Assembly (NCBI GenBank): GCA_002633005.1
Contig: NMRA01000069.1
Location: 673,740-737,739 of the forward strand
Length of the DNA: 64,000 nt
Origin: Phoronis australis
Lineage: Eukaryota > Animalia > Phoronida
Direction: 5' to 3'
Positions within the stretch are counted from its first letter, which is position 1; each line of letters starts with the position of its first letter. Shown here piece by piece: positions 25,301 to 40,300 of the stretch. A model generated the notes under the pieces. It was not told the origin of the DNA. It saw only the letters and a list, made by a program, of their open reading frames with translations, and ran no database searches. Position numbers and translations under genes: made by a program.

Positions 25301-28300
25301 ATAAACAGAATGCTGTTTTTTTTGAAAAGACTGATGTTTGTTATTTTTTAATCATCTCTATGTACCTTATGAAGAACGCTCTTCAATGCATAAAACAGCA
25401 TCACCATCCTGCTCACTGTGCACTGACAGAGCTTTCTGTTTGCAGATTGGAAATCTCAGCAGTTCATACGTTTCCAGAGAAATTTTGTCCCATACTGATC
25501 TCAAGTTATCGTCTGCTGAAACGAAGAGCATTTTCAAAGCTTTCCAGGTAACATTTATCGCTGTTGCTGAGAAGTCGTCCAAAAATAATTTCACTGCAAT
25601 CACTGGGTATGTGGATTTCTACAGTTTCGTCAATGGCTAACAAAGTATGAGGGGGAAATCTCTCCTGGCTTAGGTTAATAACCCATGTATTCATTGTGCC
25701 AAAGACAAAATAATTCTCAGTTAAACTCGTGAGTGAATTCATAAAATATGTAAACATGACAATTAAAAAAGGTTATCATGTTCTCTTTTAGTTTGGTTAG
25801 ATGAACAATTCATATCACTCCTTCCACACGTGCGAAAAATTCAGAAACAAGAGTGACCTACTTGAATATGACATGCTGAACCCCTCTTTTGTAATACCAA
25901 TTGTGGTTGGCTGTTTTTCATTTAAAGGCCAATCTTAGCTTATTTTTGATGCCAGTAAGGATTCTGACAATATAAAACAACAACACTAGGTGGTTGTAGT
26001 GTCATATACTGGCAATGCTCACAGGAAGGCTAGATCTTATTAATACTGCGGTTTGCAAGCCTTGATGTGTTTGGCCGTATAGGTTATGAAAGTCAGGCAT
26101 TAGCATTCCTGCAGAGACCCCTAAACACCTCACAATCTACAGTGATTGTGTGGTAGGCCTCTCGTGGGAGTTCCGGCAATTGTCTTGCCTACCTCTAAAC
26201 AAAGGGTATAATTATACTTTACTACTATTAATATTATTACAATTATTTGTATCCTCAGCAAACTTACACAATTTTGTAGTCAGATTGTCTGTACGTAATG
26301 GTTTTTAACAAGTTATCTGAGGAGAAATGAACAACAGAAATATCATGCCAAAAATAGGTGGAGGTTGGTGTAAATAGACCAATAGATTTTAAAAGTTGCA
26401 TTATGATTTCACCACCTCAAAGCAGTTTTAGGATGTCATTCTTAGATACGTACAGTTGGCGTGGGAAGGGGGTTGACTTCCTACAGCTTCAGAGGCATGG
26501 TATCTAATCAATGGCCAGCTTTTCAACTACTGATGAAACGCGTTACCTTTCCTTGTATTTTCAGGAGTTGGCTTTGCAGAACGAGAACCTGGTCATGGGT
26601 TTTATTAAAAACTTCTATCAGAAGTTACAAGTGCACACCTATGCAGGTGTGGTCAGCTCTATTCCTGAACCAGTCATCAAGCTTCTTGCTGATCTCTTGA
26701 GGTTTTCTTTAGTAAGTGCGAACCATGTTGATAAAATGAAAATTATGCAGACGCGGTACTGTGACTCATGGAGTCAGGTCATTGACCTTTGAACTTGGCT
26801 CATACTGTGAATCGACTTTTAAGTGACTTGCGTGTAATTAAACTAGATAAAAGTTTGATTTCTGCCATGACTCATGACTTCAGATTATTGGCTTTACTTG
26901 GGACAGTTCTTTATGTATGTCCAATGTCCACTAAATGAAGACTTAAATAAAATATTTAAGTCATTGTGACTTTCATTCGATAATCTATAACTAATTTTTG
27001 TCAACATGGGAAGTAGGAGTGCACCAAGTGAGAACTTTTAAAGATTGGAGTGCTTAGTTAGGATGCAGATACTGAAGTAATTAGTACCTGTCACTGACAG
27101 GGTTATTGATCATGTAGAGCACTCAGCCATAATGACAACAGGAAACACAACATGGGGAGGCTTGTGTTGCCTGTTAGCTGTTGGTCTGTGGTAGCAATCT
27201 CAGAGGGTGTTCCCCTTATTTAAAGATTCAGATACCATAACCATAAAATGACAAATTGTTCCACAATGCTGCCTGTAGAGGAATGCTTCGCTAAGAGCCT
27301 TGTGTCAGAGATGTTTGAATTTAGATGTTGAATATTTCTGTACCCTAATGTTGGACTGTGGACGGGCACATGTGTACTTTTGGAACGCGTAATATTTGGA
27401 TTATTATGCAGAATGTCGTGATTACACTTTTTATTTTAGGAACCTCTCTCACACAATATCATGTGGCTGAGACTGTTGTCAGCGTTGAGTAGCGTCAAGT
27501 CTAATGTGCCACTGTTCATTGCCAACACAGTGCCAGCAACCGTAATGGGCACAATGGCCGCCAGACCTATGGTAGACTTGGTGCAACAATACGGCTGTGA
27601 AATGCTTGCCAACATCGCGTCTCACACACCGCAAGGGAAGGAGAGGGTAATAAACAAAGAAATTCATTATTTCCTGCTGAATTCATTTTGAAGCTCAAAT
27701 TAAGCGCCGTGTGTCGGAGCATGGAACCCCAACTTGGAGATATTTTAGAGGGGAAAGCCAATGTTTTTAGTCTCATGCTGTGAAATTCATTGCAATAACA
27801 ATTAAGTTATTATGTGATTAGTAAGGTTCAGGGGAATTGAAGCCCAGGCAAGTAATAGGCATTTTCACTTCTCAAAGCATGGTTAACTATATCCAGCTGG
27901 ATTGGAAACAACAGACATGCATGCTGAAGCAAGCAAGTAAATGTCATCTGCTCATCTAAAGTGTCAAACAAAATTATTTTGGTAATTGCATATTTTGCAT
28001 AATTTTGGTAATTGCATATTTTGCACTAAACAGCTGCTTTTGATTCTGTTACAAATAACACAAAAGTCATTAAATAAATTGTTCAGTTTATGTGCAACTA
28101 TTCCGACTTCGCACATTGTGGCTAAACTTACTGACAGCAAGGCTGGGTCAGAGCTACGTTCAAAAGTCAATTATTTGACCACACTGGTTGAGTACGGGGA
28201 CTTACTTGGAAGTATAGTAAAGATAATTTGAACTATGAAATGCTTCTTGTATAAAATTCCCAGTGTTGTTCCCCTGGCTCTTATGATCTACATTAGGCTT

Positions 28301-31300
28301 GCTGCAGTGGTGATTAAATGAATGTGTAATTTATTGTATATCATGCATAAAGGACAAGGAAAATGGTCTTGATATCCATCTCAGGGATTGTAAACTAGGC
28401 AAGTCATGCTATTATCAGCGATTTGAGTGGGTTAGACCATCAAAAGAGCAAAAACTTGCAATTAACAATTAACGTCCTATTGATGGGGTAGCCCTTTCTG
28501 AACACCATCAGCGTAAAGTGTGTGGGCGTGAAACTCGCTTATTGTCTGGTAAGCAGCGGCTTGAGGCTTGGTCAGGAAACTTGACCATCCCAGGTAGATG
28601 AGCTGGGTGTTATTGGTGATCCACACATATGGCAAAATGATGAAATGTGTCTTTAAGATACTCGGGGACTTTGATTTTAAGAGGAAACAGAGAACCAAAA
28701 ACTTTGGTCAGGGTTACATTTTGCTTTGGGTGATTTCACTGAAGTATCGTGGTACTTCTTAAGTTTTCATTGACTGGGGTGGCACAAGCAAGACAATGAT
28801 CCCCACCTGCGGAGATGCATGCATAGGTAGTCTGTTAGCCCACTGTTTCCACTGTGCTGATGAACTACTAGCCTTTATTCATGAGCGCCCCCTGGTGAAT
28901 GTAAGGTCTTTCATTGATGTGATTTCACGGTTCATGGTGGGTGGCTGAGGAAACGTATAGTAACCATGGTAATTTATTCCCCAGGCACCAGTGCGACATA
29001 CCGGCATTGAACTGATCGTCACCGCAATTCGTAACCATGGTAACAACATCGATGTCCTCCATCCTGCATTTCGTTGCTTGGCAAATTTAGCAGATGTTAT
29101 GACAACGATAGTGGATAGAATAGAAAGCTCTAAGTACAATGGTAAGAATCTGTAGTTGAGCAGAAATGCTTATTTAGCAAATGGTAGAGATGTCAAAACT
29201 TTATCTCTAGACCCTTATTTCATTGAAAAATCACTTGTGATTTAGACAACTCAAATTTGATGATGTCTGGGCAGTTAGTCGAAAGAATCTGACACTTTGT
29301 TATTGCTTGAGAGGAGACTCAAAATGTTGTCATATGTGCCGAACATGTTCTCCAGTATTGCAGCGTGTACGTCTTTCTAATCCCATCTGTTATAGTAGGG
29401 CTTTCTCGGATTACAGGGCAATAGAACTCTCCTTTGTCCTGGAGATTAGAAAGCACGTGACCTCGTTTTGGAAATAAGGCACATTTTTGTGTCTTTCATT
29501 GATGCCGGGAAGACAAAGAATGTCAAATCACGCATCCATGGGTATTTGTCCACCTAATCAAACTCTCTCGCATCAGAGTTTCTGCCCACAGCACAACACT
29601 TTGTTGGCTTGGGAAAAACTAATAGAGTAATGCAACCGAGAAAAACTCGTAAAGAATGGGATAAGAACAAATAACATGTGAAACTTCAGTGAGATGAAAA
29701 CGAGGAGCAAATGTGCCTGATGGATGTTTACAGCATTGTGGGTATTAAATACAGCGAGATTCGATTGTCTCTGTGTAATCCGGGACTGCCTTATTATAGC
29801 AATGGATAGAAGTATGCTGATACTACATCAATGTATTGAGTGGAGTGTGTCTTTCTCTTGTATGACTCGGCTCAGAAGAGTGCCATTGATTATATCTTTC
29901 TTAGGCAAGACCATTCATGCAATGTGTTTTTCTACTGTGCAAATGAGGAGATTTGAATTTGGGCAGGGCTTGGAATTTTGCTCTTTCAAGAGGATTTCCT
30001 CTTTTTTGGTTTCAAAATCCTCGTTTTTGATTACCAGTTTCCTCTTGTGCGTCTCTTTTTATAATTATTTTGACTTTATTAATGCAAAACAATTATTACA
30101 CTTAAATTTTACATCACAAACTTATTTATTTGTGGAACGATGCACACGTTTAAAATTTTCCTCTTTTTTGTCATTGGTCATGCCAAGCCCTGTTTGGGAT
30201 ATTAATGGTTTTTCCCCTCCGCAGAATTTCAATCGACGGTCGTGCTGCGGAACTGCAACTCCCTCTTGAATTGCCTTCGAAAAGAGACCTTACCAGTTGC
30301 GGAGAGTGTGCTGCTCAGATTTCGCCATGACGGGGCCATCAGCAAGGAAACCAAGAGGCTAATCGGACATTTGTCCATTGAGAGTGACAAGGCTCAGTAA
30401 GCAAATGCAGTAATTAGTGGTTCTGTAACGTTTTGTTGACTGTGCACAGTGAAGGCCACTGCGAACATTTCACATTTAGAGAGGGCTGTTTTCAAATGCA
30501 GATATCAATCTGGGCCTGGAGTCGCATCTTTTTACTTGAAATCGAACTTTAAATTATTTTTGACATTTTTGGCTTGAATGATGCTTGAGTACATAATGGC
30601 TTGCATGATGCTTGAGTACATAATGGCTTGCATGATGCTTGAGTGCATAATGGCTTGAATGATGCTTGAGTACATAAAGGCTTGCATGAAAATTTTTCTA
30701 ATCATAGTTTGCACTTGATGACAACAGCATTGAGGCAAAAAGTTTGAGTTTGAACTCATATTTTGAAATTTTCTTCGAGTTTGTTGCTCAAATCTTGGGG
30801 TCATTGATTGTGAACTTGCAGTAGAAACTCACAAGCATAAACTGTAATGTACTGAAGCACAATGCCACGTTTTTCCCTGTGTGTGGGTGGGCACACAGTG
30901 TTACAGACCGGTGCTAATAACTTTCGGTACGACGATAGACAGACTGGTTCGAGTTAATCCTTTAAATAATCTCCACCGTACATTCACATTCCTACTCAAA
31001 CAAAATGTCCAACGTAATGTCTATCTTATGCTCCAGCCAGTGCTGTGAAGCCTTGACTTGTGATATTAAACAGATATTTCCAGCAACTGTTACACTCATT
31101 AATTCAATAACCTTCTGTCTCTATAGCTGGCTCTGTATTGACTATCGCTGTAAGTGCTGATTCTCTTCAGTGCAACTCAGCTGTAACCCTCTCAACTGTT
31201 GAACTGTTAACTCCAACTGCTGAACTCTTGAACTGCTTAACTTACTAATACAAACCCGTGCTTGTGTATTTATAGGCTAATGCATTGTTCTAGAACTTTG

Positions 31301-34300
31301 ACCAATTCAAGCACATTCTAGAACTTTCTGGAATCTACCCAATGACAACATATACTAGTCTCTAGAATATTCCAGAAGTCATTAATCACTGTCATACTAG
31401 AGTCTTCTAGAAAGTTACACACTAATCTGTAGTAAACAAATTACATCATCACTGTGCTGACCTCAGGGGTCATGCCAATCAATAACACAAACAGAACAAT
31501 AACACAAAGTAAAACTAAGAACAGTGTCAGTCGAAATTCAGACACACAGAATAATAGACTTATCTTGAGTTTGCACAAAAGTAAAATACAAAAGACAAAA
31601 AATAATTTCAGGCTCGGGTTGGAGTACAAAACCTGGGTCCTAATTGTTTTTGTTGCAGTACAACATCACATAAACTGATACATGTACCAATTATCTACCA
31701 AAGAGTTTCTATAATTGAGGTCATAGCTCATGTGCAATTTGCTCTGCTTCACCCAAAGTGAATTTAGACCTGTTCAGTATTCTGGATATTGCCATGGGTA
31801 GGCGCTAGTGGTTCTGGTATGTAATTGACAAAGTATCTGGGAACGTAGTGTTTTTATTGTAGTACTTGAATATCAGAAAGCTGAATAATGATAAGCGATG
31901 CAAATCTGAAAGCTGCGTTAGCTAGAATTCACGTTTCGTACATCAAAACTGCACGAATGTCTGTCAAATAGAAACAGGCTGGTGCTGTGAACAAGTACTA
32001 GGTGGAGTTACTGTGACCAAACACTAGATGTAGCCACTTGGGGGTCAAGGTAAACTTTCATTTATGTCGGTTGCTCTCTTTTGTTGAAGGCGGAAGAAGA
32101 TAGTGCCAATTGTATTGGAGAGTCCCTTCAATGAACGAGGGCTTGCAGGCAGTATACTCAAAAAGAGGGCAGTCAATGACAAAAGGAAGAAATCTGTGCA
32201 ATTTACATCCTCTACTCAAGGTATGATTATACAATTCATGTGTTCAATAGATTTTGCATTTCTTAAATTAATTAAAAATGCTCTTAGTTTGTGCACTGAC
32301 TAAGTTTTACTAATAACTTGCAAGGTCTGTGTGTTTGGGGGATCCAAAATTTTGTAAACTCCAAAGTTTTACAAGTTAATTTGAGATCCACAAAGGCATA
32401 AGTTGTTTTGTCTGTATGTAAAAAAACTAGTTATATTTAGAGTAAATGTTTCAATAAATTAATATATTAGGATGGTGCTCATGATTTTTATGCACCCATA
32501 TAATTATTTATATTTATGTGTGGACGAATTATGCTGTCATCCCTGTCCATCTCCCGGCGTCCACTGATCTATTTACAAAAACCTTTGATGTCTGTTCATG
32601 AAATTTTGCACGTGTTCCCTTCATAGACGGGATGGCATGAGTGAACTTTTGGAAGGACCCAACTGCTGGTGTGCCCCCTAGTGGCAATTTTAGTTTTAAT
32701 TTATGTTTACCTTGTACCTTACAAGGTAATCAGTGGATTTTCATTATGTATGGTGGCAAATAGGCATCCGTTTTCGGATGGATTTGAGGTATTTTGTGCC
32801 ACGTAGTGGCCATTTTTATTGTTTTCAAGTCTGTGTCAGCACCTCAATCAACCAAACCACTCTGAAGACGGTTGTGAAAATTGGCATTATATGTTGCTGC
32901 TGTGGAGAGGAGAGCTGATGATGACTTTCCAATGACTTGACTCCTGTGGCGCCTCCTAGTGGCAGTTTTGTTTTTTTTTGCAGCCATGGCTGCATTTCCT
33001 ATAGCCTCTGCAGGATCTTTATTGTCAAGTGTATTTTTATGAAGATTACTAGTAACGACGACTTATGGACGGATCCAACGAATGTTGTGCTCTCTAATGA
33101 CAATTTCATTTTTTCTGTTTTCCTAGGTTTCTCTGTAGTTCCTTGACGGATTTTTATGAAATTTGGCAAATAGCATTCTATGAAAAAGAATCAATGACAT
33201 GTTCCCATTTTTTGATGGATTTAATGTATTGTGTGCCATCTAGTGGATATCTTTTCTGTTTTCTAGTCCGTTTTTGGTGTCTGTCCTTCTATCAACCAAA
33301 TGATAGATTGGGAAATAAGTGTTTATATTTCCACTTTGAAGCAGACGGCTGTCGGGGATTTTGGGACGGCTCCTCCTAGTGGCAGTTTTTTGCAGTATCT
33401 CCAAAACCCTCTGTAGGGTTTTTATTAAATTTGGCAAGCGTATTTATATGAAGTTGATAACGGACAATGACGACATTTTAATGGATTTGACAACTGTGCC
33501 CCCTAGTGGCAACTTTATTTTTTTCATGGTCCTCTGTATCTCTGAACTACTTGGCAGATTTTTATGAAGTTTAATAATTAAGTTCTGTTTTCAGTCAGAT
33601 TAGATCTTTAGCTGCTTTTTTATTATCATCAAGTTATGGAAATAGGTTTCTATTAAGGAGATGACGACGCCTTCTCATTTTGGAAAGATTTGACATATTC
33701 TGTGCCACTCAGTGTCCATTTTAAAAATTTTGGAATAAGTTTTTGACATCACCCTCTCCATCCAACAAACCAGTAAAGGACCATTTTCAAAATTTGGGGA
33801 TGTGTTCTTGATGAGAAGACCGATGATGACGTTAATTTTCGGACATGTTCAACTACTTTTGCATCCCTTAGTGGCTGTTTTTTACTATAGCTGTGCCCCC
33901 TATTGGAAAGTTCATTTTTACGTTTGCCCCTGTAACTTCAGAGTTCTGTGATGCTTTTTCTTGAAATTGGGCAAACATTTTTCTGTTGTGGAGATGACAG
34001 CACCTTTCCTTTCGATGTATTCTGTATCAACTAGTGGCCGTTTTAATTATTTTTTGGTCTGTTTTTTGTCATGTGCTTCTGTATCTGCCAAACTGTGCAG
34101 AGGATCATTATGAAAATTGGCATATGTGTTTCTACTGACAGGAGCGTGACTGACATGGATTTTCAAGTCCGACTACTGTGGTGCCCTCCAGTGATATTTT
34201 TTCGCATTTACAACTCTATCTCCTAAACCCCTAGCAAGAGGTTTTTGAAATTTTGCAGCAGACGGACAGATTCCAGTGCCGCTGTGGTTCCTATTGGCCA

Positions 34301-37300
34301 GTTTTGATACAAATAAACACCCCTAGAAGCACACCGTTTACATTTTAGTCATAGCAGTATTTCAATACTCTGCCTTGCTCTTCTTGATTGATGAGATATC
34401 ATGATTTTCAGGAATTGGTTTAGTACTCCATCTTCTAATTGACTTAACTTATTTTTTGTGAAGATTTTGATTTGATTGCGCCAAAGGCTATACTGCTGTT
34501 GGCTGGTTGGGGATTAGGCTGGTTCTTTGGCAGAACACCAGATGGCGATTCTGCAACATGACAAGGTGTGTTTTGTATTTTAAGATAATCAGTTAGTTTC
34601 ATTAAATCTTTTTGGTTTGCGGAATTGGGCCTTTTTGAAAATGAACGGAGCAGTCTTAATTATTGTTGAACGTTAAGTATTTGTTTTTTGTGTTTCAGGC
34701 GGCTCCCCATCTTCATCAGACACAGAACACGAAACGGTCTATACAGAAATTGAGATCGAAGAGGGCCTGGAAAATACCGAAGCCAGTGTCCCAGATGAAC
34801 CTCTTGTTGACAAAATTATGCGGTCACCTGAGGAGGTGAACAGTTCTGCGAATGCAGAGGAGGGGGAAATAGCAGTTTATTGTGAAAAGGAACAACAGAG
34901 CAATGTGTCAGTCTTGTCATGTGAACTTGATTTAGACGATAGTGTTCAAGCTGAGAATAGTGTATCTGAGTTGCTAGCCAACTCAGCTGAACACCCACAA
35001 AATGAAGTGAGTCCAGTTGTGGTTGGCCTTGAATCTCACCAGATAGAACATTCAATTAACCCTGAAGGTATTGGTGATACACGTGTTTTACCTGGGGAAC
35101 CAGTAACATCTGAAGATGCTACCTCTAAGTTAGATTTTAAGACTGACAGCCAAGTGGATACAGTCGTTTGTAGTCATGGTGACAGTTGTCAAGTTATTGA
35201 AGCGGATACAGGTATTAGTAGTCATGGGGACAATTCCCAGGTGGTTGATGAGCAGCATGGTAGTGTTCATGATGCGCCAGATGGTGGAAAAACAGCTGGT
35301 GCTGCCAATGATGGCGATGCCAGCCATGTTCCTCAGACTGGGTATTATGGTGAACAAGTGTATGGTTCTCATGGCAACAGTTATGGCTATGATTACTATG
35401 ATTACGATTACTATGACGACGAAGCGGAGCAAGTGCCCATTCATCTGTCAGAGCTGACAGAATCAATGAAGGTCAGGAAACGAATCTGGGGCGGAAACAC
35501 TGAGGAAAATGTTTACACTCACCGCGTAGACAGCATGCTTCGTACATGGAAGGTACTGGCACTGCAAGTCAGCGAGCTGGCATTGAAGAAAAGTGAACAA
35601 ACAAAGAGTGTTGGTGGTGATGATGGTGAAAATACTGAAGATAGCGATGATGAAAACGATGGCTATTCCTCTCTTATGGAAAGCGTGGATATGGCACCAG
35701 TTTCATTTACAGGTACAGAAGGGATATTTACAAACATTTCTGGTGTTGTCTACTCAAACAGTTTGATGAGATTTCCAGACAGGGACGGAAAGAGCTCAGG
35801 AGAGCAAACAGAAACTATTGCAGAAACACTCGAAAACGATCAACAGGGTCAGGAGTCTGATGAGGGAGTGTTAGCAGAGGGTAGCAGTGATTTAGCAGAC
35901 AATATGGATGAGTCACATGGTACAAGTCCTCCTATAGTAAATGTTGGTTTTGAAGAGCCTTCTGGAACTATTGATTGTGAAAAAGGCAGTAACAGGACCA
36001 GTGTCCTAGAATTTGATGCTATGCTTGCAAGGAACTTGAAGTATGCCAGTAATTTATCATTAGATTCTGCATCATTAGTTTTTACTGCAGCTAATGATAC
36101 TGCGGTAAAATCTCCCGATGTTGATGATTCTCAGAACTTTGATCGTGTAACTGTCGATGCATCCCACCATGATAAAAGCAAAAGAATCATGTCCCTGACT
36201 GTAGAGAATGCAGATGCGACTGATAATGACAAAACCATGCCTGTGCCCGATAAAGACGTCCAAGATAAAACATTGTCGGGAGGTAGAGATTTTGAGGAAA
36301 TCTTTAAAGCTAACTTAAGCAAATCTGCAAAACAATCTGCAAAAGTCAAGACCAATGGTAAAAAAAAGAAAAACAAACTTGGAAAGATTTTCAGTAAACT
36401 GAAAGGGAAAAGGAAGACAAAAGATAAGCAGACTGATTCACCAGTTGATTCTGTGTCGTCTGCTACTCAAGATAATAATATATCTAAAGAAAAAACAATA
36501 GGTGGCGCTTCAACTGATGCAAGTGTTCCTGATGATGCTAATTCTGTCGAAACAAAAAATACTTTCATCACAGATAAATTGTCCAATTCAATTATGAGTG
36601 AGTGTAACCATGGCGATTCCACTGCTTCGTCTTTGCTGGAGGAATCAAGTAACTCTAGACCACGATCAGGTGAGACTGAAGTGCCCACATCCAGTCCGTG
36701 CTCGGTGAGCATTCAAAGTCTGGATGATCAGTTGTCTGCGCAAGAAGCAGAGCTTATGGGAAGCATTGAGCAGTATGTGTTTTCACGTCGCAGTAGTGTA
36801 CGCAGCTCCATGGGCAGTGTTACTCTCTCTAGCGTGTCGTTCAGCGAAGATCAAGATGACAAGATTCACATATTGGCTTTGAGGACATTGGTAAGTATAT
36901 TCTGTCTCTTCAGGAATTGAGAAATCATTTGTTCACAAACTGCTCTGAGTTGTGGGGTGGCATTCTATACATTACACTATCATTAATAGGTATAGGCCAT
37001 AGATAAACAAACATCAGTTGGCAAAAATTGATGGATCTCTTATAGTTGATGCCTAGGGAAAGTTTGAGGCAGGTACTTACATTGGGATTTTTATAAATGT
37101 CACTGTCACATATTTGTCGGCCAATGTCCTAAGTTCAGTTTGTGCTGGTAATGGTGAGATAATGCTTGTGTATTACTTTTTTATTCTTGTGTGCAGGTTA
37201 TAGATCACATGTATCGGTTATGGATGCGCAACGAGTTTACTCAGGCAGTAACACTCATCGATCAGCCAATCAGACGCGTGATTAAGGAACTGTCGTCCTC

Positions 37301-40300
37301 CAATCCGCTTCATGAGCACATGAATCGCTTTCACGACTGCGACAACATCCTATTGGATATTGATCCCGCTGTGGTTATTGGAGTGCTAAGCGTTGTTTCA
37401 AAAAGGTCAGTCGTTGGAATTGATCTCCAGTGATTATAACTATTGAAAGTGTCTGGTGATAGGATTTAGATCTTCAGTCCAAAATGTCATTTGTCGTACA
37501 CAAGCAATGCCATCTGTTGTCATAAGTGCTTATAAGGCTGTCACATGTTGAAACTGGGTGTGGCCAAGTCTATCCACTGGCATGATTTTGATCCTCAGGC
37601 AGTTTGCTTGGCTCAAACAAATTGCCAGGACTATGCCTGTATCTTTTCAACAGTATTAAACTAAGATACATTAATTTTGCTGACTTATTATGCGCCCACA
37701 TATTTATATGTGGACGCATTATGCCGTCATCTCCGTCCGTCCGTCCGTACGGGCGGCGTCCGTCTGGCGTCCGGCGTCTGCTGCTCTATCTCCAAAACCC
37801 TTTGATATATGTTCATGAAATTTGGCACATATGTTCCATTTATGAATGGGACGGCATGTGTGAACTTTCGGACGGATCCGACTACCGGTGTGCCCCCTAG
37901 TGGCAATTTTAGTTTTTTACGCTTACCTTTGTATCTTCAAAAGTCCTGAACGGATTTTCATGAAATTTGGTATGTAGGCACCTATTAGTGAGATGACGCT
38001 ATCCTCCCGTTTTCAGATGGATTCGACATATTTTGCGCCACCTAGTGGCCATTTTTAGTGTTTTCGGTTGACGATGATTTTCAGACGATTTGGACTACTG
38101 TGGCACCTCCTAGTGGCAGTTTTGTTTTTTTTGCGCCTATGGCTGTATCTCCTAAACCGTTTGCAGGATCTTTACGAAATTTAATTAGTGTATTTATATT
38201 ATGTTAGAAACAGACAATGACGACTTTTGGACGGATCCGCCTACCAGTGTTCCCCCTAGTGACAATTTTATTTTTTTACGTTTACCTCTGTATCTTCACA
38301 AGTCCTTAACGGATTTTCATGAAATTTGGTATGTAGGCACCTAGAAGTGCGATGACACTATCCTTCCGTTTTCGGATGGATTCGACCTAGTTTGCGACAC
38401 CCAGTGGCCATTTTTACTGTTTTTGAGTCTGTTTTTTGGCGTCCACCCCTCTATCAACCAAACCGCTATAAGTATGATTGTGAAAATTGGCATGTATGTT
38501 CTTACTATGAAGAGGACAGTTGACGCTGAATTTCCCATGACTTTGATTACTGTGGCGCCTCCTAGTGGCATTTTTTTGCGCCCATAGCTGTATCTCCCAA
38601 ACCGTTTGCAGGATCTTTACTAAATTTAGCAAGTATATTTATGTGGTGTTGACAACGGACGATGACGACTTTAGGATGATTCTGACTACCGGTATGCCTC
38701 TAGTGGCAATTTTAGTATTTTACATTGACCTCTGTATTTTCATAGGTCTTCAGGTGTATACTTTGTGTTACTTCATGACTATGAAGGAAAACTTTCAAGT
38801 AGAAATTTGTTTCTGGCATTCTAATGCTGTGCTAATCTCGTATGTTGGTAAATTTGTTTTTAATTCTATGTTTCTGTGGTGCTTTAAGCAACTGATGCAT
38901 AGGATGTGCTTGTATTATGAAAATCACTCACATTTTGCCCCTAGCCTATTGAGGAGACAATGACCATGCCTTTCCATTTTGCAAAGCACAACATACTGCA
39001 TATATGCCCTCTACTGGCCACTTTATGGTACCAATAAACAACCCTAGAAGGATACCGTATGCGCTTGCAATTGTGGGCGCATTTCAACGCTCTGCGTTGC
39101 TCTTGTTTTGACTTTGTATGAAATTTAAATGCAAACCCGGTTTGTCAAACCGAATTCCCATTTCTTGCTCACTCAACTTGACATGAAATCCTTTAAAGTA
39201 TAAAAAATGTCTGCGATAGTTAACTGACCTTGAACTTCACCTTTATGAACACACTCGGAAAAAGTATCTGTACTGAATCTTGGAATAGTTTGCCTATACC
39301 CCAAGAACATGTCCTTTGTAGCTACATTTGATTTCTCAATGAGTTACGATGAATGATGCAATAGCATTGTATATCAAATGGCAAAAACTTATTATATATG
39401 ATCTCACCAGTTTAGGATACAGTATGACCGACAGCTTAAAATTTTCCTCATTTTCATACATGATATATAGCACTAAATTAATGCATAACCATTTTCAAGT
39501 TTTGTCCAAAATATACAATCATATTATATCATATGAAACTGACTTTCAATATTTTATTTTCCCATGAGTGCTGTTTTTTTCACGCCAACTATCATGCTGC
39601 ATTAGACATGTACTTTTAATTCTGGTCCGCTCAAGCGACAAGTGTCTCATTCCGTCGTGTCGTTTATATGTCACCAAGTTACCTGTGACATCTCTGGATG
39701 TTTACAAGCCAAAAACTGCCTGACGATGCATTTGAAAAACGACAGCAGGGCTGTAGATAGAAGTATCTGAATTAAAGTAGTGCTGTTGTCTTGATCATGT
39801 ATCTACTACTTAACTAAGTATTTCATGTATGAGGTGAAGTAGTTTTCAAAAAAATTTGACGAAGTGTGTGGACATTGGTCTGGCATCGACAAGATATCGT
39901 GGGGACGGTATGCCTTCCTGTTGTGGGGACGGTATGCCTTCCTGTTGTGGGGACGGTATGCCTTCCTGTTGTGGGAACGGTATGCCTTCCTGTTGTGGGG
40001 ACGGTATGCCTTCCTGTAGTCGTGAAGCCCATTAGCAAACCAGATGAAAAATTATGCCAAGTGGTTTAAATTTTTTGCCTTGAAATTTTGCCAATTTTAA
40101 ATGAAAAGAAATTTTATCAGCTATTTTAAAAACTGAACTGTGTGTAGTCAGAAATTAGGTCATGGGTTTAGGCGCTAATTATTAATAGACCCCTATTGGT
40201 GTGACTGGAATTGTTTGCAAGTGCACTGCATTGATTTGGTCAAGCTGGTATCAATTCGATCCATGGTGTTGTCATGTGTCATTGATGAACCACAACAAAT

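Noticed and set aside
29724-30269. 181-aa ORF
   Set aside because: Runs from a MITE through intron sequence and overlaps exon 9 in the wrong frame.
39823-40069. Repetitive ORFs (TTGRHTVP)n / (VVGTVCLP)n and a CRISPR-like look
   Set aside because: A 24-bp head-to-tail minisatellite with no unique spacers, in a eukaryotic intron.
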